DNA from: Candidatus Latescibacterota bacterium
GTDB lineage: Bacteria; Latescibacterota; UBA2968; UBA8231
Assembly (NCBI GenBank): GCA_965261395.1
Contig: OZ253462.1
Span: 1,984,001-2,048,000, forward strand
Length of the DNA: 64,000 nucleotides
Direction of reading: 5' to 3'
Shown: one piece after another, positions 1-9,414 of the stretch
Numbering within the stretch: position 1 is the stretch's first letter
Layout: each line of letters opens with the position of its first letter
Made by a program: the position numbers and the translations under genes
Notes under the pieces: generated by a model
The model's input: only the letters and a program-made list of their open reading frames with translations
The model's database searches: none
Told to the model about the DNA's origin: nothing

Positions 1-8
1 AGCGGGCG

Positions 9-1880
9 GTGGCAGAAGTGACTGAGGAACAGCTTCAGGCGCTGTATGCGGACATCCCGTTTGGGCTGCCGGAGGAACCAATCATTGAAGACGCGAAACG
101 AAACACATGGTGTGTTCAATATGGGGAAAATTCCTGGAGAAAGCTGTTTACGAACCGGCAGCTATTGGCCCTTGGCTCGTTCGTTTTGATCCTTCGGAAA
201 CTAATGAAAGAACTTGATGATTGGCCGGAGAGTTGGCGCGAGGGGCTGATTGCAAATCTTGCACTCGTGAACGACCGGCTGGCAGACTACTCCAGCACAA
301 TCTGCTCTTGGCACAACGGAAGAGAGGTAATTAGAAATACTTTTGGGCGATTTGCTCTGCCTATCGTCTGGGATTATACCGAAGTCAATCCGTTATCAGA
401 TACATCTGGCAACTTCCGCGGTGCACTTGATTGGGTTTCTAAGGTCTGCGAGCATCTGCAAAAAAGCATCGATTCAGCCCGAAGCGGAGAGAGCATTTGT
501 GCATCGGCCATCACCTTCCCAACCGATAGTGTCGATCTGATATTAACCGACCCACCTTACTACGATGCAATCGGTTATTCCGTCCTTATGGACTTCTTCT
601 ATGTCTGGCTTAGGCGATCGACACATGGATTGTCCGCCAAGGTCGAATCGGTCTTCTCCGATGCCCTTGGCCCCAAATGGGATCATGGCACCAGCGACGG
701 CGAGCTCATAGACGACGCCAGCAGATTTGGTGGCGACAGAGAGCGGTCCAAGCAGAACTATGAAGACGGCATGGCCCGATCGTTCCGCTCTTGTCACGCT
801 GCGTTGGGGCCAAACGGGCGGCTCGTGGTTGTGTTTGCCAACAAGCATCCCAATGCTTGGGAGACGTTGATCGCTGCCCTGATTCGGGCCGGCTTCGTCG
901 TCGATGGCTCGTGGCCCATCCAGACCGAGATGAGCAACAGAACCCGCTCACTAGGGTCGGCCGCTCTCGCCTCCTCCGTCTGGATCGTCTGCAAAAAGCG
1001 CCCCCCCGCTCGCCCCGGCTGGGACACCACCGTCCTCAACGAAATGCGCGACAACATCACCCAGCAACTCCGCGACTTCTGGGACGCCGGCATCCGCGGC
1101 CCCGACTTCGTATGGGCCGCAACCGGCCCAGCCCTCGAAGCCTTCAGCAAGCACCCCGTAGTCAAAAAGGCCAACGACCCGAACCAACTAATGACCGTCT
1201 CGGAATTCCTGCGCGAAGTGCGGCGCATGGTCGTCGATTTCGTCGTCGGCCGCGTGCTGACCCAAGACGGCGACCAAGACCTGCCCCGTGCCACGACACG
1301 GGGAGCCGCGACCGGCCTCGACGACGTAACCACCTACTACCTGCTCCATCGCCACGACTTCGGCATGGCAGAAGCCCCCGTCGGCGGCTGCATCCTCTAC
1401 GCCCTATCGTGCAACCTCTCCGACTCCGCCCTCGTCAACCAGCACGACCTCCTCGCCCAAGCGGGCAAAGGAAGAGCCAGCGACGAACTCGAAGAGGACG
1501 ACCCACCCGAGGACGCAGAAGAGACAAGCGGCGGTGCCAAAGTCAAGCTCAAACCCTATAACCGGCGACAGGGCCGCAACCTCGGCCTCGAAGCCCCAGG
1601 CGGACGCCCCGTCCCCCTCATCGACCAAGTCCACAAACTCATGCACCTCTGGCGCGCCGGCGACCAAGTCAAAGTGGACGACTACCTCGACACCCGCGGC
1701 CTCCAGCACAACGCCCTATTCAATCAAATCCTCCAGGCCCTCATCGAACTAGCCGCCGCCGGCTCCGACGAGCGCTCCATCCTCGAAGCCCTAAGCAACC
1801 ACCTAGCCGCTCGCGGCGGTGTTCAGGCACAGAGGCAGAGGCAGCTTCAATTCGGAACGAAAACGGATGGCAATGGATAA
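9..1880 (+). CDS. DUF1156-family adenine DNA methyltransferase, C-terminal part (gene starts upstream of the window)
   Basis: Catalytic TDPPYY motif, plus FGRFALPIVWDYTE and SWPIQTE...ALASSVWIVC blocks typical of DUF1156 MTases; lies upstream of a DUF499 ATPase. Confidence 0.85.
   Translation: MAEVTEEQLQALYADIPFGLPEEPIIEDAKRNTWCVQYGENSWRKLFTNRQLLALGSFVLILRKLMKELDDWPESWREGLIANLALVNDRLADYSSTICSWHNGREVIRNTFGRFALPIVWDYTEVNPLSDTSGNFRGALDWVSKVCEHLQKSIDSARSGESICASAITFPTDSVDLILTDPPYYDAIGYSVLMDFFYVWLRRSTHGLSAKVESVFSDALGPKWDHGTSDGELIDDASRFGGDRERSKQNYEDGMARSFRSCHAALGPNGRLVVVFANKHPNAWETLIAALIRAGFVVDGSWPIQTEMSNRTRSLGSAALASSVWIVCKKRPPARPGWDTTVLNEMRDNITQQLRDFWDAGIRGPDFVWAATGPALEAFSKHPVVKKANDPNQLMTVSEFLREVRRMVVDFVVGRVLTQDGDQDLPRATTRGAATGLDDVTTYYLLHRHDFGMAEAPVGGCILYALSCNLSDSALVNQHDLLAQAGKGRASDELEEDDPPEDAEETSGGAKVKLKPYNRRQGRNLGLEAPGGRPVPLIDQVHKLMHLWRAGDQVKVDDYLDTRGLQHNALFNQILQALIELAAAGSDERSILEALSNHLAARGGVQAQRQRQLQFGTKTDGNG
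1280..1303. repeat. 24-bp palindromic (REP-like) element inserted in frame in the MTase gene
   Basis: CCCCGTG-ccacga-CACGGGG hairpin; removing it gives GAC CAA GAA GCC GCG (DQEAA) in frame. Confidence 0.55.
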
Positions 1881-2361
1881 GAAAACGGTATACATCGAGA
1901 CCTCGACCGTGTCATATTTGACGGCTCGACCTACGAATGATCTGCTGGCGTCTGCTTGGCAAATGATCACGGTTGAGTGGTGGGAAACGCAGAGAATCCG
2001 ATTCGACCTTTATACCTCTGATGTTGCGCTTGAAGAGGCTGGAAAGGGCAACCTTGAGGCGGCGGCACGACGTCTTGAAGCGTTATCCGGTATTCCCATA
2101 TTGCCCATTACGGGGAGCGTCGTCGCGTTGTCCAAAGTGCTTCTCCAAGGAAGAGCCCTGCCGGCTAAGGCCCTAGACGATGCCCTGCATATTGCCGTAT
2201 CCGCGGTACACGGCGTCGATTATCTTCTGACTTGGAACTGTCGGCATCTTGATAATGCCGAAACCAAACCCATCGTGCGGAGCATTTGTAGCATACACGG
2301 GCATACTAGTCCCGAAATATGCACCCCTCAAGAACTTATGGGAGTAGTTGAAGATGTCTGA
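1867..2361 (+). CDS. PIN-domain (VapC-like) ribonuclease
   Basis: VYIETS N-terminal motif and DALHIAVS...DYLLTWNCRH PIN motifs; ATG at 1867 overlaps the end of the MTase gene. Confidence 0.85.
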   Translation: MAMDKKTVYIETSTVSYLTARPTNDLLASAWQMITVEWWETQRIRFDLYTSDVALEEAGKGNLEAAARRLEALSGIPILPITGSVVALSKVLLQGRALPAKALDDALHIAVSAVHGVDYLLTWNCRHLDNAETKPIVRSICSIHGHTSPEICTPQELMGVVEDV

Positions 2362-2551
2362 CCAAATCATTGAGGAACTCTGGCAGATCAAAGACAGCAT
2401 CGCTCGGGAACATGACTATGATATCGAGTCCCTTGTTGCCCATCTCCAAACCAAACAGCGGTCGGCGGATCAGCAAGTTGTGGATCTGAGCGCCCTGAAG
2501 CGGACTGCCGACCAAGGCGCTCCAGGATCGCCAGACAAGCCGCGCCATTGA
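2354..2551 (+). CDS. small partner protein of the PIN toxin (putative antitoxin)
   Basis: Overlaps the PIN stop; MSDQIIEELWQIKDSIAREH; a close paralog lies at 62146-62334. Confidence 0.7.
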   Translation: MSDQIIEELWQIKDSIAREHDYDIESLVAHLQTKQRSADQQVVDLSALKRTADQGAPGSPDKPRH

Positions 2552-2566
2552 GCTTGGTCGGAGGAT
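2507..2566 (+). mobile_element. degenerate integron attC-like site
   Basis: GCCGACC-AAGGC-GCTCCAG...TTGAGC-TTGGTC-G matches R''-5nt-L''...L'-6nt-R' spacing; the paralog keeps GCCGAAC; the R' GTT is missing. Confidence 0.45.
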
Positions 2567-2658
2567 TATGAATATGTCTCTCCGACGCGCTTATTCAATG
2601 ATATGCCTGAGCCTGTCGAAGCCGAGTATCGAGTGAATAGTCAACCGGAGGAAATCCG

Positions 2659-3921
2659 ATGATCACGTCGATTCGCCTCGTGAATTTCAAGAACTTCGCC
2701 GACGAAACCCTGCGCGTCGGCCCGTTCACCGTAATCGTAGGCGCGAACGCCAGCGGTAAGAGCAATATCCGCGACGCCTTCCGCTTCCTACACGGCATAG
2801 GCCGGGGATACTCATTGGCGGAGATCATCGGCGGTAAATACGGGGCAGACTGGAAACCGATTCGCGGTGCGGCGAATGAGATCGTCCGGTTCGGGCAGGC
2901 TGCGTTTTCTATTGAGGTCCGTATGAGATTAGAAGATACAGACACATGTTACCTGATCGAGGTTAGTAACGACAAAGAAGGACCCAATGAATTCCGGTTT
3001 ACCAATGAAGGACTTACGGGCCCCTCCTTCATCGTTAAGAGCAATCCCGACCGAGACGATTCCGTCCAAACACAATCCGACGCCTTCCCTCTACTTCTCA
3101 ACATGTTTTTGGCCATTAAAGAGGAAGACCCCAAAATCCAGATCAAGTTTGGACCGGCGCTGGAGAAAATGGGAGAGTTCATATCAATGACTCGCTCCTT
3201 TAAAAAACACCTTGAACCGTACATCCAACAGATAATCGACATCTTTGCCAACATGCGCTTTTTGGAACTGTCGCCGGACCAGATGCGAGAACCGGCCTTT
3301 CCCGGAGCGACTGTCTTGGGTGACTCCGGCGAGAATTTGCCGGTGGTGCTGGAGGACATCTGCTCCGACCCCAAGCGCAAAGAGATTCTCGCCGATTGGT
3401 TAAGCGAACTCACACCTATGGATGTGGCCGACTTCGAGTTCCCGCGCGACCCCAGCGGTCGGGTCCATCTCACGCTCTGCGAGACGAATGGTAGAAAAGT
3501 ATCGGCCTATAGCGCGTCGGACGGCACGCTACGTTTTCTCGCCATGCTGGCTGTACTGCTCGGTACAAAATCAGCCGGCCTCTACTTCTTTGAGGAAATT
3601 GACAATGGTATCCACCCTGTGCGGCTGAACTTGTTAATGGATTTGATCGAACGGCAAACCGCGAAGCACGGTATTCAGGTGCTCACCACGACCCATGCGC
3701 CAACCCTGTTGACCGTAATGAACGATAATACGTTCGAGAATACATCCGTAATATGCCGCCTTGAAGACACTTCCGATGCAATCATCCGCCCGGTTGCCAA
3801 ACTGCCCAACGTGCGGGAGTTGAGGCAGGATCAAGGGCTGGGGCGTCTCCACGAATCTGGATGGATGGAGAACGCGCTCTTCTTCACCGAAGACTACGAT
3901 GAAGCGGAGGACGGCTCGTGA
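2659..3921 (+). CDS. ABC-type/AAA_21 ATPase
   Basis: Walker A GANASGKS, signature SASDGTLR, Walker B/D-loop YFFEEIDNGIHP, H-loop TTTHAP. Confidence 0.85.
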   Translation: MITSIRLVNFKNFADETLRVGPFTVIVGANASGKSNIRDAFRFLHGIGRGYSLAEIIGGKYGADWKPIRGAANEIVRFGQAAFSIEVRMRLEDTDTCYLIEVSNDKEGPNEFRFTNEGLTGPSFIVKSNPDRDDSVQTQSDAFPLLLNMFLAIKEEDPKIQIKFGPALEKMGEFISMTRSFKKHLEPYIQQIIDIFANMRFLELSPDQMREPAFPGATVLGDSGENLPVVLEDICSDPKRKEILADWLSELTPMDVADFEFPRDPSGRVHLTLCETNGRKVSAYSASDGTLRFLAMLAVLLGTKSAGLYFFEEIDNGIHPVRLNLLMDLIERQTAKHGIQVLTTTHAPTLLTVMNDNTFENTSVICRLEDTSDAIIRPVAKLPNVRELRQDQGLGRLHESGWMENALFFTEDYDEAEDGS

Positions 3922-4490
3922 GAGTTCTCATCATTCCCGAAGACTTCCGCAACGATCAGTACATTCTGAAACCTATTTTCTTACGTCTCTTTCAATCCAT
4001 TGGCAGGCCGCGTGTACGTGTCGATGTTTGCCGTGACCCGCTGCTTGGCGGCGTCGGAGAAGCACTGAAGTCAGAACGCATTGCAGAGGTAGTCAGAATG
4101 CATGGAGGCATGACGGATATCTTCATCCTGTGCATAGACCGGGACGGCAAGGAAGGGCGACGTCAGAGTCTTAACCAACTCCAAAAGAAGTTCGACAACG
4201 GACAAACCTTTTTGGCCGAAAACGCTTGGGAAGAGATTGAAACTTGGCTCCTCGCGGGCTTAGATTTGCCCGCAAATTGGAATTGGAGGACCGTTCGAGC
4301 GGAAGTACAAGTCAAGGAAACTTACTTCGAACCGCTCGCTGTCCAGCGCGGATTATCGGACGCGCTAGGCGGTGGTCGAAAGCATCTGGGAGAAGAGGCA
4401 TCCCGCCGGATTGACGCGATTAGGCAGAAGTGTCCCGACGATTTCGATGCCCTTGCCCAGCGTCTCGAAGCCGCGATACAAAATACCTGA
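3918..4490 (+). CDS. DUF4276/RloB-like TOPRIM-fold partner of the ATPase
   Basis: GTGA overlap with the ATPase; acidic motifs IIPED..D, CIDRDG and EEIETWLLA. Confidence 0.6.
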   Translation: MRVLIIPEDFRNDQYILKPIFLRLFQSIGRPRVRVDVCRDPLLGGVGEALKSERIAEVVRMHGGMTDIFILCIDRDGKEGRRQSLNQLQKKFDNGQTFLAENAWEEIETWLLAGLDLPANWNWRTVRAEVQVKETYFEPLAVQRGLSDALGGGRKHLGEEASRRIDAIRQKCPDDFDALAQRLEAAIQNT

Positions 4491-4502
4491 ACGAGGTTTG
4501 AT

Positions 4503-7500
4503 ATGACAACGAAGCCTTCCTGGAAACCCTGGCAAGAGGTCGTACAACTGCGCGACGACCTAAAGACCGGCGAACTGTCGCTAGCCGTATTCGCCGCCGA
4601 CCTGTACGACGTAATCATGCAGAAGGGCCAGCGGCCAGTGTACGAGCATCCCGCCGAGTTCTTCGCCCTCACTTATCCCACCTACAATCTGCGGGAACTG
4701 GTCAAAGACGTGGCCCTGCGCTTGGCCGGCAAAAGCGATAAGGCGTACCGGAAGCTTTCGGTCAACTACGGCGGCGGCAAAACCCATACGCTCATCACGC
4801 TTAGGCACCTAGTACACGATCCAGCCACCTTGCCCGATCTGCCGGCAGTGAAGGAGTTCGAGGCGTCCATCGGCTCCAAGGCACCCAAGGCGCGAGTCGC
4901 GGCGCTGTGCTTCGACAAGATTGACCTAGAGAAGGGCGTCGAGACCCCGGGTCCCGACGGCACGATCAGGATGCTCAAGCATCCGTGGAGCATCCTCGCC
5001 TTTCAACTGGCGGGAGCAGATGGCCTCCGGCTCATTCACGCCGACGGCAAAGACGCCGAGCGCGACACCCCCCCGGCGGAACCGCTCGTGGTAGAACTGC
5101 TGTCGAAGCCACAACAAGACGATCTCTCGACGCTGGTGCTACTCGACGAGGTATTAATGTATATCCGCGTTCAGGTCGAAGCCGCCTCGGATTCGCGCGG
5201 ACGCTTGATCAGCTTTTTCCAGTACCTCACGCAAGCAGTCGTAAAAGTGGATCGCTGCGCCATGGTAGCCTCGCTGCTCGCCTCCGACCCAGGGAAGCAG
5301 GACGGTAACAAACTGCTGCGAGAAGTGTCCGAAGTCTTTGGCCGCCAGATGGAAGAAGACGCCAGTCCGGTTAGCAAGGAAGATGTGGCAGAGGTGCTGC
5401 GGCGGCGCTTTTTCAAACCTGAGTCGATTCGCGATCCAAGCGTTTTTCGCCCGCACGTCACTTCGGTAGTGGGGAGCATCGCTGCGCTCGACGAGCAGAC
5501 CCGGAAAGAACGGGGGAGCGCGGAGAAGCGCTATCTGAGCAGCTATCCCTTCCACCCAGACCTCTCCGATGTCTTCTACACCCGCTGGACCCAACTCGAC
5601 GGCTTCCAGCGCACCCGTGGCATCCTGCGGACATTTGCCATTGCCCTGCGCGATGCCGAAAAGTGGGACACGAGCCCGCTGGTCGGACCGAATGTGTTTT
5701 TGAACGAGCCGGACAAGAACGACTTGGCCGAAGCCGCCAGTGAACTTGCTTCCTTTGCCAGCGTTGACACCGAAACTGGCAAGCACCAAGAATGGCGGCC
5801 AATTCTCGAAGGTGAACTAGCCAAGGCGCGCACCATCCAGTCGGAGACGACCGGCTTGGGCCACCGGGAGATGGAACAGGCGGCTGTTGCGGTATTTCTG
5901 AGTTCTCAGCCCATTGGCCACAAGGCGCTGACTCAGGAGCTGATGGTGCTGATCGGAGCGGCCAAGCCGGATAAAATAGAATTGGAAAAGGCCCTGCGTC
6001 GCTGGACGGAACTGTCCTGGTTTCTCGACGAGGTGGAGGTCTCCACAGAATCAGAAGACGAGGGATTGCCCAAGGCGTGGCGGCTGGGCAATCGCCCCAA
6101 CCTGCGGCAGATGCACCACGACGCCTGCACTTCCCGCGTATCGCCCCCCCTCGTGGAATCACAGATCATCAATGCCATCGAAAAACTGAAGGTACTCACC
6201 ACTGGCGCATCCGCGGCCGGCGCAAAGGTCCACAACCTGCCGGAAAGACCGCGCGACATTGCGGACGACGGCGAGTTCCACTACGCAATCCTTAGCCCGA
6301 AAGCGGCCTCGGAGTCTGGCAAACCAAGCACCGAAGCCAAACAGTTCATCGACGAGACGACCGCGTCTGACCGCCCCCGAGTCCATCGCAACGCCATCGT
6401 CCTCGCCGTTCCTTCCCGGGACGGTCTCGACGCGGCGCGCAGGCGGGCGCGGGAGTATCTCGGTTGGGAGGAAGTCCGCGACCAACTCAAGAATCAGCCG
6501 ATTGACCCGATCCGCGAGCAGATGCTCATCAACGAAACAGAGGCGGCGAGAAAGCACATCCCTGGGGCTATCAGGCAAGCGTACTCCGTGGTTGTCACCG
6601 TCAACGAGAGCAATGATATCCACGCCTTCAAAGTAGTGGTGACCGACGCGCCCTTGTTCACCACCATCAAGGCCGATCCGCGAGCGCGCATCCAAGAAAC
6701 AGCCATCAGCTCAGAGGCGATGATGCCAGATGGCCCTTACGACTTGTGGCGCGAAGGAGAGGATTCTCGCCGGGTCAAGGATCTGGTCGGTGCCTTCGCG
6801 CAGTTTCCCAAGCTGCCCAAAATGCTGCGCCAGAAGGAAATTCTGGATACCGTCGTGCAAGGGGTTCAGCAAGGAATCTGGGTAGCGCGGGTCGTGCGCC
6901 CAGACCGCACCGCTAGGACATTCTGGCACACGGCCATCGACGAGCCAGCCCTCAAGGACTCAGGTCTGGAAGTACTGCTGCCCGAAGCAGCCACCCTAAG
7001 CGACCTCGCGCCCGATCTGCTCGCATATCAAAAACTCCCAGGGCTTTGGGAGGCTGAGGAGATCCGTGTTCAAGACGTGTACGACTATTTTTCCGGCAGC
7101 CACACCGTGAGCGTACCCAGAGAGGGCTACGAAGAGATGCTCAGCATCCCGAAGTGCGAACCAGCGGATGTCGAGACCGCGATCTCACAAGCTGTCGAGC
7201 AGGGAGTGGTGTGGTTGACCAGCGGACCAGCCTCAATCATAGAGGAGCCAGTCCCTGCTGGAGTACTCAGCGCTGCCGCGATATTAAGGCCACCACCCGA
7301 GCGGATTGACGTGGACGAGCTGATGGCCAAGTCGATCCCCGATGCTTGGAAAGACAGCAAGGCCAACGCCCTCGCCATTGCCACTGCACTTTCGACCAAG
7401 CGGGGCGTCAATTTGCCGTGGCCCACGGTGAAGTCGGCAATAGAAGATGGTATCCGTGCGCGCTGGATCGAACTGAGCAATGATAGCGCCGCGTGGCCAT

Positions 7501-7790
7501 GCGACTTGGCCAGTGCCCAACAGGTGATCCTCCAGGTACCCTCCACAGTACGCGAGGAACCCCCTGAGCCCAAGCCACGGGGACTCCTCATGGCCGAAGA
7601 CGGCCTCGAAGCCAACGGCATCCAAGATTTGGCCGAGCAGATTCCAGACATTACCAAGGCCGCCGTCGGCAATACCCTCAAGTTCAACATCCGCATTGAG
7701 TTCGGTGGGGAAACAACGCCCGACCCGGAGGCAGTGGAAAAGATCAACGAGCTGCTCGCTGAGGTGTCCGACAAGCTGCGACTCAATTGA
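4503..7790 (+). CDS. DUF499-family AAA+ ATPase
   Basis: KPW.EVV..R.D N-terminus, FAADL, FFALTYPT, Walker A YGGGKTH, Walker B LLDEV, SYPFHP, FQRTRGILR. Confidence 0.9.
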   Translation: MTTKPSWKPWQEVVQLRDDLKTGELSLAVFAADLYDVIMQKGQRPVYEHPAEFFALTYPTYNLRELVKDVALRLAGKSDKAYRKLSVNYGGGKTHTLITLRHLVHDPATLPDLPAVKEFEASIGSKAPKARVAALCFDKIDLEKGVETPGPDGTIRMLKHPWSILAFQLAGADGLRLIHADGKDAERDTPPAEPLVVELLSKPQQDDLSTLVLLDEVLMYIRVQVEAASDSRGRLISFFQYLTQAVVKVDRCAMVASLLASDPGKQDGNKLLREVSEVFGRQMEEDASPVSKEDVAEVLRRRFFKPESIRDPSVFRPHVTSVVGSIAALDEQTRKERGSAEKRYLSSYPFHPDLSDVFYTRWTQLDGFQRTRGILRTFAIALRDAEKWDTSPLVGPNVFLNEPDKNDLAEAASELASFASVDTETGKHQEWRPILEGELAKARTIQSETTGLGHREMEQAAVAVFLSSQPIGHKALTQELMVLIGAAKPDKIELEKALRRWTELSWFLDEVEVSTESEDEGLPKAWRLGNRPNLRQMHHDACTSRVSPPLVESQIINAIEKLKVLTTGASAAGAKVHNLPERPRDIADDGEFHYAILSPKAASESGKPSTEAKQFIDETTASDRPRVHRNAIVLAVPSRDGLDAARRRAREYLGWEEVRDQLKNQPIDPIREQMLINETEAARKHIPGAIRQAYSVVVTVNESNDIHAFKVVVTDAPLFTTIKADPRARIQETAISSEAMMPDGPYDLWREGEDSRRVKDLVGAFAQFPKLPKMLRQKEILDTVVQGVQQGIWVARVVRPDRTARTFWHTAIDEPALKDSGLEVLLPEAATLSDLAPDLLAYQKLPGLWEAEEIRVQDVYDYFSGSHTVSVPREGYEEMLSIPKCEPADVETAISQAVEQGVVWLTSGPASIIEEPVPAGVLSAAAILRPPPERIDVDELMAKSIPDAWKDSKANALAIATALSTKRGVNLPWPTVKSAIEDGIRARWIELSNDSAAWPCDLASAQQVILQVPSTVREEPPEPKPRGLLMAEDGLEANGIQDLAEQIPDITKAAVGNTLKFNIRIEFGGETTPDPEAVEKINELLAEVSDKLRLN

Positions 7791-7824
7791 GTCCAGCAAG
7801 GAGTCGCAACAGGTGACGACAGCC

Positions 7825-9414
7825 ATGCGTTTCTTCAACACCGCTGGCCCCATCAAGACGGATATCCACTATCACGTCCCGCTCCTTTCGCGGCTCGATG
7901 TCGAGGACCTTCTGCTGCTCATCCGGCAGTGGAAGTACTTCGTCCTACACGCGCCGCGTCAGACGGGCAAAACATCGGCATTGTTCGCCTTGAGGGATCA
8001 ATTAAACGCCAGTGGCGAGTTCCGCTGCGTGTACGTCAACGTCGAGGTCGGCCAGTCGGCACGGGAGGATGTGGCCGCGGCCATGCGGGCCATACTCGGT
8101 CAGATGGCCTCAGAGGCAGAGTACGCTTTGAGCGACTCGACGCTAGGGAAGATAAGTCTCGACACCCTTGAGGCATTCGGTCCCCACCAAGCTCTTCGAG
8201 GGACGTTGGCCCGCTGGGCCGAGTCGGACGCCAAGCCGCTGGTGCTCATGCTCGACGAGATTGACGCGCTGATCGGCGACACCCTGCTGGCGGTGCTGCG
8301 ACAATTGCGCGCTGGCTACCCGGAGCGCCCGCACCGATTTCCACAGAGCGTAATTCTGTGCGGTGTGCGCGACGTGCGCGACTACCGCATCCGATCTACC
8401 GCCGAAAACGCAATCATCGCCGGGGGTAGCGCGTTCAACGTCCGCGCCGAATCCCTGCGCTTAGGAGACTTCTCGCGCGACGAGGTCGAATCACTGCTAG
8501 CACAACACACCGAGGAGACCGGCCAAGCATTCACCGAGGAGGCGCGACGCGACGTCTGGGAGCTGACCCAAGGCCAACCGTGGCTGGTCAACGCGCTGGC
8601 CTACGAAGCCTGCTTCGGCAACAAGGCCGGGCGCGACCGCAACCGGTCAATCACCGCCGACGCCATCCAAGACGCCCGCGAACAGTTGATCCTGCGCCGC
8701 GAGACGCATCTGGATCAGCTCACCGACAAGCTCCAAGAGGAACGGGTGCGCCGAGTAGTCGAACCGCTGCTGAGCGGCACCGCCGCCGCCGCCTCGATTC
8801 CCGCCGACGATTTGCAGTACGCGCGCGACTTGGGCTTGGTGGCGCAGGACGGCCCCGTTGCCATCGCCAACCCCATCTACCGCGAGGTGATCCCGCGCGA
8901 CCTCACCTACACCACTCAGGAGATGTCGATCCACCACGACCCCGCCTGGTACGTCAATGATGACGGCACCCTACAGGTGGGCAAGCTGCTGGCCGCGTTC
9001 CAAGAGTTTTTCCGCGAGCATTCCGAACACTGGGTGGAGCGTTTCCAGTACAAGGAGGCCGGCCCACAGTTGCTGCTGCAGGCGTTCTTGCAGCGTGTCG
9101 TCAACAGCGGCGGGCGAATTGAACGCGAGTATGGCTTGGGCCGCATGCGCACGGATCTGCTGCTGGTGCGGCCAGTGGGCGGGGATCCCGGCAGGACGCA
9201 GAAGGTCGTCATCGAGTGCAAGGTGCTGCATCGGGGTCTGGAGCGGACGCTGCGTGAAGGTCTGGAGCAGACGCGCGCCTACATGGACCGCTGCGCTGCG
9301 GCGGAGGGACACCTCGTGCTTTTCGACCGCAGCGAGGGCAAGTCGTGGGACGACAAGGTGTATCGCCGCGAGGAAACTGAAGGCGGCGCGCCAGTCACGG
9401 TGTGGGGAATGTGA
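7825..9414 (+). CDS. AAA ATPase (AAA_35-like) with C-terminal PD-(D/E)XK nuclease-like domain
   Basis: MRFFNTAGP start, HAPRQTGKTS, LMLDEID, C-terminal IEREYGLGRMRTDLL...VIECK. Confidence 0.8.
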   Translation: MRFFNTAGPIKTDIHYHVPLLSRLDVEDLLLLIRQWKYFVLHAPRQTGKTSALFALRDQLNASGEFRCVYVNVEVGQSAREDVAAAMRAILGQMASEAEYALSDSTLGKISLDTLEAFGPHQALRGTLARWAESDAKPLVLMLDEIDALIGDTLLAVLRQLRAGYPERPHRFPQSVILCGVRDVRDYRIRSTAENAIIAGGSAFNVRAESLRLGDFSRDEVESLLAQHTEETGQAFTEEARRDVWELTQGQPWLVNALAYEACFGNKAGRDRNRSITADAIQDAREQLILRRETHLDQLTDKLQEERVRRVVEPLLSGTAAAASIPADDLQYARDLGLVAQDGPVAIANPIYREVIPRDLTYTTQEMSIHHDPAWYVNDDGTLQVGKLLAAFQEFFREHSEHWVERFQYKEAGPQLLLQAFLQRVVNSGGRIEREYGLGRMRTDLLLVRPVGGDPGRTQKVVIECKVLHRGLERTLREGLEQTRAYMDRCAAAEGHLVLFDRSEGKSWDDKVYRREETEGGAPVTVWGM

